From: the human T2T-CHM13v2.0 reference genome, Homo sapiens
NCBI RefSeq assembly: GCF_009914755.1
Contig: NC_060929.1
Strand: one strand, 5' to 3'
Length of the DNA stretch: 64,000 nucleotides
Below are positions 28,501 to 41,000 of the stretch, piece after piece. Positions within the stretch are counted from its first letter, which is position 1, and each line of letters starts with the position of its first letter. The notes under the pieces were generated by a model, which did not search any database, was not told the DNA's origin, and saw only the letters and a program-made list of their open reading frames with translations. A program made the translations under genes and the position numbers.

Positions 28501-29027
28501 TGCGTGTAGAAAATATAGATGTTGGGAGGAATTCAGCATGAGTGCCGCACCCTAGAAAGGGTATTTGTTGTCGGCGCCCAGCACGGTATAGGAAGAGGCT
28601 GAGAGAGTGGCTGCCCTCAGGCTGGTGACTCAGATACAATCTCAGATGGACAAGATGTTCACAGGGCCAAGGAGCAGTGGTGACTTGCTCAACTCAACGG
28701 ACAGAGCAAGGGAAGGCCCCAGGGGAACTGGTGCTGAGGGAAGCAGCCTCGCAGGTGGGGACCTTGGCAGGTCAGCCTTGTGGGTCTTTTGGACACACAG
28801 TCCCCTCGTCTGTTTTCTCTTTGCCTTCCTTTGACTTCAGGTGGTCATTCCTCCCACCTATGGTTTCCAGGGCCCCGTGGTGCCCTGTGGCTACTCAAAC
28901 TCAAATCTCATCTGTTTCCCTCTCTCCCTCCTCACAGGCCCTTGATGGCAGGGCCATGGCCCCAGCTGTGGAGGGCAAAACTCACCATTTCACTGTTTTT
29001 AAGAGTGTGTTGGTCCTGAAAGCATCT

Positions 29028-29382
29028 GAATCCATTAGCTAGGGCTGCCATAACCAAGGACCACAAAGGAGGCTGTTAAAGGACAGAGGCTTGCTTATCT
29101 TCCTCAGTTCTGGATGCTGGAGGCCTGAGATCCAGGTGTGGGCAGGGTCGGTTCCCTGGGAGGCTGTGGGGAGAACCCGCTCCTCCTATGGCCTCTGTGC
29201 TCGCCTGTGAACTAATTTCTTCTTACAAAGACAGCAGTCCCATGGGATTAGAGCCCACCCTAAGGACCTCATCTACCCTAATTACCTCTTTAAAGGCTTA
29301 TCTCCAAATACAGTCCCATTTTAGGTACATTTTAACCATAGGACGTCAACATATGAATTGTAAAAGAGCACAATTCAAGCCA
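29028..29382 (-). mobile_element. MaLR LTR (MLT1A-like)
   Basis: agggctgccataacc...cagttctggatgctggaggcctgagatccaggtg...ggattagagcccaccct...tatctccaaatacagtc. Confidence 0.72.
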
Positions 29383-30841
29383 GGGCTGCACCCGTCCAGA
29401 TGCGCCAGGACCTCGGCAAGCTCACTCTTGTACTTTAGGTCCTTCTCCGCTTGTGCAATGGCCCCAGCTGCCCACTCACTTGGCCTCTCCCTGCTCCCCC
29501 GCCCCCAGCCCTCTGCCTCCAACACTGTTGGAATGTGCCCTCGGGTCCCACACACCTCAAATGCAGGTGAGAGGCCTCTAAGCATAACTGGTTCAACCTG
29601 TTTCCACTCCAGCCTCTCCACCAGGGGACCAGGGGATGGAATCCCAGCCATTCCAGAGACCAGCTCCAGAAGCCCTGAGTCCTCCTTTGCCCCAGACAGT
29701 GGTTGACCAAAGGGGCTCCAGGCCCTGCATCGCAGCCCTGCAGTGGGCACAGGCGCATTGCTGGGGAGCAGGCAGCTTTGGGGGCACAGGTGCAGAGGAT
29801 GGCCACGCTCTCCCACCCACCAGCTCCCTCTGCTCCTTCCTCGTCTGGAGTCTCCTGGGCTTCAGTGGCTTTGAGGAAGAGCCAGGAAGGGCGTGAGGCA
29901 GGTTTACTGTAAGACAAAGGCAAATGGCAGATTAAATACTGGTCACTGCTTTTCCCTGGCCGCCTTCCTCACCCTCCTAGTCCCTGCCTCACCTTTCTGC
30001 TCCACCCTCCCTGACTCCTCTCACATCTTAGGAAGACCAGCAAAACCACAATTTTGTGCTAGTTTCTGCCAACAGCCAAACCATCAATCTTGAATTTCTT
30101 AAGAAGATTTTATGCTGACGAAGACAGATTCCTCTCTAAGAAAGCCGCTTATGCCAGCTGTTAACTAATACATTTTATGTGACTAAAAAATGCACATATA
30201 TAAACATTTTCCAAAATAATGAATATTTATAAAATACATAGAGATCCATAAAAAGAGAAGCTTAACTTGCAAAATTATTTCATTATTTTTTAAGTAAAAA
30301 TTTTGGAGGCTGCAATAATATCATAAATTAACAACAAGGCAGCCCAAAATAGACTACTTGAAAATTAAACGACATTAGCAAAAATAGAAACAGAGCTCAA
30401 ACTATCTGAAGAATGAATGTGCACGTGTTCATGAACATGGGGAGGAAAAGGTAATTATGTGTTTCTGCTGCCCAGGTAAATTGGTTAAGTATTTCTGCAG
30501 GCCATTTTAAAACATGTATCACAATTCAAAAATTTCAAATTTCATAATCTCCGATATAACAATTTACGTTTCCAGAAATTTAAACTATGGAAATACACTG
30601 AAATATGTGCTTGAGGGTATTTATTCTTGCATATTTTCAATAGCTTAAAATCAGAAGCTACTTACACACCCACTAGCAGAAAGATTTCCAATAAGTAACA
30701 ACACATTGATGAATGGAACAGTTAGTAGCTCTTACAAACAGTTGTTCATCCAGATTACATGAACATTAAAATATTTGTTAAGATTTACACTATATGGTTA
30801 AGTGTTTAATTTCTGAGCAACAGAATAATGGGAACTAAAAT

Positions 30842-31023
30842 ATGCTTATTTTTTCCATAAGATTTTATTATTTTAATTTCCACTATAAGTATGTATCAGT
30901 TTATAATTTTAGAAAAAGAGAAGATAGGATAAGTATGCATTCTTATTTTCTCCATGTGATTTTATTATTTCAATTTTCACCATAAGTATGTGTCAGTTTA
31001 TAAGCTTAGAAAAAGAGAAGTTA
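30842..31023. repeat. Two-copy tandem duplication, period 97 bp
   Basis: cttatttt.tccat...gattttattattt...ataagtatgt.tcagtttataa...tagaaaaagagaag starts at 30845 and 30942. Confidence 0.85.
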
Positions 31024-31325
31024 GGCCAGGTGCAGTGGCTCAGGCTTGTAATCCCAGCACTTTGGGAGGCCGAGGCAGGTGAATCACCTGAGGTTAGGAG
31101 TTCAAGACCAGCCTGGGAAACATGGTGAAACCCCATCTCTACTAAAAATACAAAAATTAGCCGGGTGTGGTGGTGCACGCCTGTAGTCCCAGCTACTCAG
31201 GAGGCTGAGGCTGGAGAATCCCTTGAACCTGGGAGGCGGAGGTTACAGTGAGCCAAAATCGTTCCATTGCTCTGCAGCTTGGGTGACAGAGTGAGATTTA
31301 GTCTCAAAGAGAAAAAAAAGAAAGA
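31024..31325 (+). mobile_element. Alu (AluSx-like)
   Basis: Full dimer; TSD agaaaaagagaag(t/g)ta on both sides. Confidence 0.95.
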
Positions 31326-32304
31326 AAAAGAGAAGGTAGAAAATAGATCCTTGGTTAAATATGTTATAATATGGCTAAAATGAATGAAGTAGTGGTGTCT
31401 GCAATTAAGTGGAAGGACAGCCGCTAGAATTTGTTAGAATATCTACATGTGTGGCAAAGCTACGGTGACCCACATAACCATGTGTGCACATGTATGCATT
31501 AATAAAGACATGTAAAGCAAAACGACAACTGCTTCCTTGACCTAGTCCGTGGTCACAGAGGACAATCCTCCTGAATAGAGGTGGTGTGGATGGCATCAGT
31601 GATGTATTGCTTTAGGCCGATCCAGCAAGCACTTCCAATTAATTGTACCTCGGCAGCAGTCCTCTGCTTCATACAGGGCAATGGTCCTCAACAGGAGATG
31701 ATTTTGAATTGTCATATGACTGGGGAACTGGATAACTTAGTACCCTACTGCACAACAGACTACCCTGCCCTGAATACCAACATCATCCTCATCACCCTCA
31801 TCCCAGAAATACTGCTGTATGCTAATGGAACGCCTGGCTTTCACCTGAGTACATGGTTGCCTTGACTACAGTTCCCAGATTCCTAACAGCAAGGTGTGGC
31901 CATATGGCCAAGTGCTGGCCGATAGGGTATGAGCAAAGAGATCAAGTCAACTCCCTGGCAGTGTCCTTGTTGGTGGATGGCTCACAATTCTTCCCTGCAT
32001 CCTTGATCCTGGCTGGAATGCAATGTGGCCACACAACGCAGATAGGGGGCAAGACCCTGTGTCCACAGGGCAGAAGCAGCAAGGGGCACGGACAGGTTCC
32101 CAGGATGGTGTCAGGGTCCTGAGATGCCCGCGCCTGTTTCCCAGGACCAAGCCACACCCCCAGGGAGAGTCCTTCAGCCACCGTTGTTCTGGCTTTGTGT
32201 CTTTCATGGGTGAACCACATCCAAACAAATCTGGAGCCTGATATTTTATCTACATAAATTATACAAGATTCTACTGTTCCTATAAATAATTTCAACATTA
32301 TTGA

Positions 32305-32772
32305 TAAAAATAAGATTGCCGTGACTGCTGTAACATATGATCACAAATTTGGTGGCTTAAGATGACTGACATATTTTCTCTCACAGTTCTGGAGGCCTGA
32401 AGTCCTAAGTCAGGGTGCTGGCCAGGCTGGCTCCCTCTGGAGGCTGAGGGGAGAATCTGTCTTCTCCCCTTCTCTTCTGTGTACCAGGCTGGCAGGCAAT
32501 CCTGGGGGTCCTTGGCTTGTGGCCACAGCACTCCAGTCTCTGCCTCTGTCTTCACATGGCTTTCCCTCTGCTCCTGTCTTCTCTTTTGTCTCTTGTAAGG
32601 ATGACTGCCATTGGATTTAGGACTCACACAGATAATGCAGGATGACTTCTTCTCAAGCTCTTTAACTTAATTACATCTGCAAAGACCCTTTTTTGAAATA
32701 AGATCACATTCACCAGTTCTGGGGTTTAGGACATGGACGTACTTTTTTGGGGGCCACCATTCAACTCACTAT
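32305..32772 (-). mobile_element. MaLR LTR (MLT1C-like)
   Basis: ctgctgtaaca...cacaaatttggtggcttaa...ctcacagttctggaggcc...aattacatctgcaaagacc...ggccaccattcaactcacta. Confidence 0.8.
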
Positions 32773-32849
32773 TGACTACTAACCCAATCTCATTTTCCCC
32801 CCAGGGAAATCCCCAGAGCTCTCTCTAAGGATTTATATGCATGTTTATA

Positions 32850-33055
32850 CACTTACAGACATGTATACATGTTTCTGCACCTATAAATAAATTAGACCTA
32901 GGTACACATGCATGCACACCTGTAGGTATGCATGGCTTGTGTGCATGCATGAGCACCTGTAGACATGCGAGGCCTGTATGAATGCATGGGCACCTGTAGA
33001 CATACAAGGTCTGTGTGCATATGTGCATGCACCTGTAGACATATAATGTATGTAG
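32850..33055. repeat. Diverged minisatellite copies in orientation gcacctgtagacatacaaggcctgtgtgcat
   Basis: About 5 degenerate units; they are the reverse complement of the 33190-33648 array. Confidence 0.8.
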
Positions 33056-33060
33056 ATATA

Positions 33061-33178
33061 CATTGCTTCAATAGACTTGTTTGACGCAGGGTTGCCACAA
33101 ATCCTCAATTTATTAAAAACAACAACAAAAAAACACATTCTCTGTGAAGTGTGATAAAGTGAATACCAGGTGCACCTA
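33061..33178 (-). mobile_element. 5' terminal ~115 bp of Tigger1 (with degenerate TIR), inverted relative to the element body
   Basis: atagacttgtttgacgcagggttgccacaaatcctcaattt is the reverse complement of the recalled Tigger1 5' end (AAATTGAAGGTTTGTGGCAACCCTGCGTCGAGCAAGTCTAT). Confidence 0.8.
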
Positions 33179-33189
33179 TAGGTATAGGT

Positions 33190-33648
33190 GCCCATGCATG
33201 TGCATACAGGCCATGTATGTCTGCAGGTGCACGCACATATCCACACAGGCCTTGAATGTCTACTGGTGCACATGCATGCACACAGGCCTTGTATGTCTAC
33301 AGGTGCACACATATGTGCACACAGGCCTTGTATGTCTACAAGTGCACACACACATGCACATAGGCCTTGTATGTCTACAGGTGCACACATATGTGCACAC
33401 AGGCCTTGTATGTCTACAGGTGCACATGCACACAGGCCTTGTATGTCTACACGTGCACACACATATGCACACAAGCCTTGTATGTCTACAGGTGCACACA
33501 TATGTGCACACAGGCCTTGTATGTCTACAGGTGCACATGCACACAGGCCTTGTATGTCTACAGGTGCACACACATATGCACACAGGCCTTGTATGTCTAC
33601 AGGTGCACATGCATTTAGGCCTTGAATGTTTACAGGTGCACATGCACA
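33190..33648. repeat. Minisatellite/VNTR, ~12 copies of cacacaggccttgtatgtctacaggtgcaca(catatg)tg, 33-39 bp units
   Basis: The aggcc anchor recurs at 33208, 33247, 33284, 33323, 33362, 33401, 33434, 33473, 33512, 33545, 33584 and 33617. Confidence 0.95.
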
Positions 33649-35810
33649 TCCTCACTTCCTGTCTCTGTCACATTTTGGAAATTCTCACAATATTTTAAAC
33701 TTTTATGTTATTATATCAGTTTTGGTGATCTGTGATCAGTGATCTTTGACGTTACTCTTGTAATTGTTTTGGGGCACCAGGAATCACACCCATATAGGAC
33801 AGAGAACTTAAGCAATAACCATTGTTTGTGTTCTGGCTGCTCCATTACCTAGTTGTTCCCCAACTCTCTTCCTCTTCTCAGGCCTCCCTATTCTCTGAAT
33901 CACAGCAATATCGAAATTAGGCCAGTTAATAGCCCTACAATGGCCTTTAAGTGTTCAAGTGAAAGGAAAAGTTGCACGTCTCTCACTTTAAAGCAAAATC
34001 TAAGAATGATTAAGCTGAGCAAGGAAGGAATATCAAAAGCTGAGTTAGGCCAAAAGCTAGGTCTCTTGTACCAAAGAGTCAACCAAATTGTGAATGTAAA
34101 GAAAACAGTTTTGAGGGCAATTAAAAGTGCTACCTTAGTGAAAACAAGAATTTTGAGTGAAACAGGCATATTGTTGATAGGGAGGAAGTTTAAATGCTCT
34201 AGATAGAAGATCAAACCATACACAACATTCCCTTAAGCCAAAACCCAATGCAGAGAAAGGCCTTAACTCTCTTCAATTCTATGAAGCTTGAGAGAGGGGA
34301 GGAAACTGCAAAAAAAAAAAAAAATAGTTAGGAGCTAGCAGAGGTGGTTTCATGAGGTTTAAGGAAAAAAGACATCTTCATAACATGAAAGTATCAAGGT
34401 GAAGCAGAAAGTGCTGATGGAGAAGCTGCAGCAAGTTATCTGGAAGATCTACCTAAGATTGTTCATGAAGGTCACTACACTAAACAACAGATTTTCAGTG
34501 TAGATGAAACAGCCTTCTATTGGAAGAAGATGCCATCTAGGGCTTTCATACCTTGAGAGGAGAAGTCAGTGCCTGGCTTCCAAGCTTCAAAGGGCAGGCT
34601 GACTCTCTTGTTAGGAGCTGGTGCAGCTGGTGACTTTCAGTTGAAACCAATGCTCATTTAACATTCTGAAAGTCGTAGAGCCATTAAGAATGATGCTAAA
34701 TCTACTCTGCCTACGTTTTATAGATGAAACAACAAAGCCTGGATGATAGCACATCTGTTTACAGCATGGTTTCCTGAATATTTTAAGCCCATTGTTGAGA
34801 CCTACTTCTCAGAAAAAAATATCTCTTCCAAAATACTACTGCTCATTGACAACTCACCTGGTTTTTATGCAAGAGCTCTGATGCAGATGTACAATGAGAT
34901 GAATGTTTTCATGTCTATTAGCAGACCTATTCTGCAGCCCAAGGATCAAGGAGTCATTTTGACTTTCAAGTCTTAATATTTGAGAATACATTCTGTAGGG
35001 CCCTAGCTGCCACAGACAGTGATTCCACTTGAAGAATCTGGGCAAAATAAATTGAAAATCTTCTGGAAACAATTCACCATATTAGATGCCACTAAGAACA
35101 TTCATGATTTGTAGGAGGAGGTCAAAATATCAGCATTAACAGGAGCTTAGCAAGAAGTTTATTACCACTTTCATGGATGACTTTGAAGGCATCAAGACTT
35201 CAGTGGAGGAAGTAACTGCAGATGTGGTGGAAACAGCAAGATAACTAGAATTAGAAGTGGAGTCTGAAGATGGAACTGGATTGATGCAATCTCATGAGAG
35301 AACACATGAGGAATTCCTTCTTATGGATGAGCAACGAAAGTGGTTTCTTGAGATGCAATATCTTCCTGGTGAAGATGCTGTGTGTTCATTGTTGAAATAA
35401 CAAAGGATTTAGAAATTACCTAAACTTAGTTGATAAAGCAGCAGAGAGGAAACACTCCAATTTTGAAGGAAGTTCTACTGTGGGTAAAATGCTATCAAAT
35501 GGCATTACATACTACATAGAAATCTTTCATGAAAGGAAGATATAATCAAAGGGGTAAACTCAATTCTTGTATTATTTTAAGAAATTGCTACAGTGACCTC
35601 AACTTTCAGCAACCACCACTCTGATCAATCAGCTGCCACTGACATTGAGGCAAGACAATCCACCAGCAAAAAGATGAGGACTCCTTGAGGGCTCAGATCA
35701 TCCTTAGCTTTTTTTACCAATAAAATATTTTAAATTAAGTTATGCTCACCGCTTTTTAGACATAATGCTATTGCACACTTAATAGACTACAGTAAAGGAT
35801 AAATATAACT

Positions 35811-36104
35811 TTTTTTTTTTTGAGACAGAGTCTTGCTCTTTTGCCCAGGCTGGAGGGCAGTGGCACAATCTCGGCTTACATGAAGCTCCACTTCCTAGGT
35901 TCATGCCATTCTCCTGCCTCAGCCTCCTCAGTAGCTGGGATTACAGACACCTGCCACCACACCTGGCTAATTTTTTTTGTATTTTTAGTTGAGACGAGGT
36001 TTCACTGTGTTAGCCAGTAGGGTCTCGATCTCCTGACCTCGTGATCCACCCGCCTCGGCCTCCCAAAGTGCTGGGATTACAGGCATGAGCCACCGCACCT
36101 GGCC
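35811..36104 (-). mobile_element. Alu (AluY/Sc-like) nested in Tigger1
   Basis: Diagnostics aagctcc, ttcatgccattctcc and gtgttagccag; 16-bp TSD aggat(a/t)aatataactt at 35796 and 36105. Confidence 0.93.
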
Positions 36105-36120
36105 AGGATTAATATAACTT

Positions 36121-37510
<1,390 letters not shown>

Positions 37511-37609
37511 AAATACAGCTTTTTATATGCATTGGGAAAACAAAAAATTTGTGTGACTCGATTTATTACAGTGGTCTGGAACCCAGCCCTCATCTCTGAA
37601 GTATGCCTG

Positions 37610-37745
37610 TATATACACGCATGTGTATCTATAAACATGTAAATCCTATGTAAACATACGTGTGCACCTATAGATGTGTAAGTCCTGCATCCGCAGGTAT
37701 GTGCACCTGTAGACATGTAAGGCATATATATACATATATACATGT
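37610..37745. repeat. Diverged minisatellite copies right of Tigger1 (same orientation as 32850-33055)
   Basis: gtgcacctatagatgtg and gtgcacctgtagacatgtaagg. Confidence 0.7.
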
Positions 37746-37784
37746 CAGCTGTGAGAGCAGACTTCACTAATTGCTAATGAACAG

Positions 37785-38035
37785 AACATGTCAGAAATGA
37801 TGGAATGTCACTTCCAACATTAAGTATTAAAAGATTCTGACTTTCCATTTTGAGTCTCCTTTCTTTCTCATTATCCTCCAATCACTGATCTGGGGAAAAC
37901 CAGCTGCCAAGGTTTCCCTGAGACCAGCGACCTGGAGATCGTGAGGCCGCCTTGTGCACAAGCTCATGTGGGGAGAGTGAGGCTGGTCAACAGCCAGGTG
38001 AGTGGGCTTGGAAGCCAGTCACTGCCCCTGTTGAA
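37785..38035 (+). mobile_element. MaLR LTR fragment (MLT1F/G-like)
   Basis: cagaaatgatggaatgtcacttcc...ctggggaaaaccagctgcc...gtgagtgggcttggaagc. Confidence 0.5.
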
Positions 38036-38089
38036 CACTTAAAACAAATCCTCTAATTGTGCAAGTTCAATATTGAAAGGCAAATTAGA

Positions 38090-41000
38090 CCTAGCTTATT
38101 ACATATAGGTATTCAACTTTTCTACTTTCTTTCTATTTAATCTGTTAGTTTCTGAATTTTAAGTTACTGTCTCTTACAATGACTGAGAATTTTCTACTTT
38201 TTGTACATTGTGTGTTTTAAGCTGTTATGTGCAAAAAAGTTTATGACTGACATGTCTTCTTAATGCATTATTCCCTTTATTATATAAATAACCAATTTAA
38301 TCCCCCTTGTTATTTTCACCCCGACTTCTAATTTATTTTCTGTCAATGCCTCCAGTTGCTAGCTTTTTATTAGCATTTGATTGGCATCCATTTCCCATCC
38401 AATTCTTTTCAACTTCCATATGAAAGTTGTGCCTTGGTGCGTCTCTTCTGTTGGTGCAGAATTGGATTTTTTTAACCCAATTTGTAAGGTTCTCTCTTTT
38501 GCTACATGAACAGAACTCATATTTATTACAAGTACTGATCTGTTTCACTTTTCTTTTCTGCCAAATAATTTATTTCTAGATATTATATTTGCCATTTTAT
38601 TTTTTCCTCATAAATGCCATTGTTTTTAATTGATCATGTTTTCTCAGTTACTTTCCAACCTCTCTCTAATGATATTCAAAAACACAATTTTTTTTCAAGC
38701 ATCATTATTAAGGCATAATTTTCAATGTGGTGATTTAGTGGGGCTGTTGAGTAAAATTGCTATGAACATTCATGTGCAAGCGTTTGTTGGATTATGTTTT
38801 CATTTATCTTACGCAAATACCTAGGCACACAAGCACCATGCCATATGCTAAGTGAATGTTCGACTTTGTAAGAAACTTCCAAACTGCTTGCCAAAGGCCT
38901 GTCTCACTTGACATTTCCACCAGTGAGGTGTAACATTCATACCAACACTTGCTACTTGCTATTTTTCAGCTTTTTAACTTTTGCTAATCTAGTGGTTTTG
39001 TGCTTATATCTTCTTGAGATTTTAATTTGCTTTTCTCTGATAACATGGCAAACATTTTTCTCATGTGCTTACTGATCATTTATATATCTTTTGTTTATAA
39101 ATGACATTTTGAAATACTTGCCAACATTTTGAAAAAACCTGGTTTTTCAATATATTCTTATTATTAAGTTGTAAGAGTTCTTTATATATTTTGGGTACAG
39201 AACCTTGGTCTGAAACATGTATTATGAATATTTCCCCCAATATATGGCTTACCTTTTCATTTAAAAAAAAAGTCTAAGAACAGAAGCTTTCTAATTTAAG
39301 TTTAAATGATCAGTTTTTTCAAAAAATATGGGGTTTAGCTTTTTGCATGATATGCAGGAAATTTGTGCTAGCCTCTATGTCACAAAAATAAGATTTTCTC
39401 CTTATTTCTTCCAGGAGTTTTGTAGTTTATAATTTTAGATTTAGGACTATGACCCATTTCAAGTTTTTTTGCATGTGTTTGACAGGTGCTGTTTTGTTTG
39501 TTTTGCTTTTGTTGTTTTTGTACTTTAGCTGATATCCAGTTGTCCTAGTACTATTTGTTAAAAAGATTATCTTTTCCCCATTAACTTGACTGGAAAATCA
39601 ACTGAACCTTTAAGAGCACATGGATTTGTAGGCTATTAACTTTATTCCATGGATCTGCATGTGTCTTTCAAAGTGGATACCACATTGACTTTGTTACTGG
39701 GGCAGACGTGGAAGTCAGCTGGTGCAAGTTCTTCAGCTTTGCCCTAGCTGTGTTGGCTCTTCCAGATTATCTGCATTTTCATAGAAGTTTTAGAAAAATC
39801 TGGTCATTTTCTACTAAAATGTCTGTTGGGATTTTGATTTCAATGACTCTATTGATTAACTGGGGGAAAATTGATATCACAATATTGAGTCTTCCCATCA
39901 ATGAATATTATATTTCTTCCCATTTATTTAGATTTATTTAATTTCTCCCAGAAATATTCTGTAGTTTAGCATATAATATGGCACATATTTATTCCTACAT
40001 AGTTAAGGTTTCGATGCTATTGATAATGGATATTTTAAAAAATTCATTTTCCAATTGCTCATTGCTAGCATAGAGAAATATAATTATTATATATTGACCT
40101 TTTATTATCTGACCTTGCTAAATTAGTCAATTAATTCTAGCAGCTTTCGTAGATTTTTTAGAATTTCCTACATCCAGATATTATGTTATTTACAAATAAA
40201 GGCAATTTTATTTCTTTCTTTGCAATGTGTATGACTTTTGCTTCTTTTTCTTGCCTTATTGCACTGGGTAGAAGCCCCAGGACAATGCTTAGTAGAAGTG
40301 GTGGGAGCAGACGTTGCCTTGCTCCTGATTATAGGGAGGGAAGTATTGTTTTTCATCATTAAATGTTGTTAATTGTGGACTGAGTGTATATGTTCTTTAT
40401 GGATTGAGGATGTCCGTTTCTCCCCTGATTTTGTTGAGAGCTTGATTTTTGATGAATGCTTTTCTTTTATTTCTTCCATAAATTCAGGTAATCGTGTAGT
40501 TTTCCTTCTTTATTTTGTTAACATGGTGAATCATGTTAATGAATTTTTTAATGTTAATGAATCCCGAATTTTTGGGATGAGCTCCACTTGGTCACAATAT
40601 ATTTTATTTTTATTGCTAGGTTTAATTTGCTAATATTTTATAAAAGAATTTGTATATTCAATGATAGATATTGTTCTGTATGTTTCTTGAGATATTTTTG
40701 TCTGGTTTTGGTAATTTGGTATCAAGGTAGTTTGGCCTCATAAAATAAATTAGGAAACTTCTCTATTTTCTAAAAAGAGAATGTGTATTATTATTTATTC
40801 CTTAAATGATGGATAGAATTTACTACTGAAGTCATATGAGCCTGGAGTTTTCTTTGTAGGAAGGTTTAAAAAAATTTTTTTTTAGATAGATACAGAGCTA
40901 TTCAGATTTTCTATTTTTTTCTTATGTGTGGTATCTTTAAAAAATTTCTCCACTTTATCTAAGTAGTTGAATATATTTGTGTAAGTCTATTTCTTTATAA

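Noticed and set aside
32881-33698. Cys/His-rich repeat 'proteins' (CAPVDIQGL..., HRPCMSTGA...) and a CRISPR-like appearance
   Set aside because: The ORFs stay open only because most unit lengths are multiples of 3. There are no unique spacers or cas genes, and the DNA is mammalian.
33940-35320. Domesticated TIGD1-like transposase gene
   Set aside because: Multiple stops and frameshifts make this a decayed Tigger1 copy.
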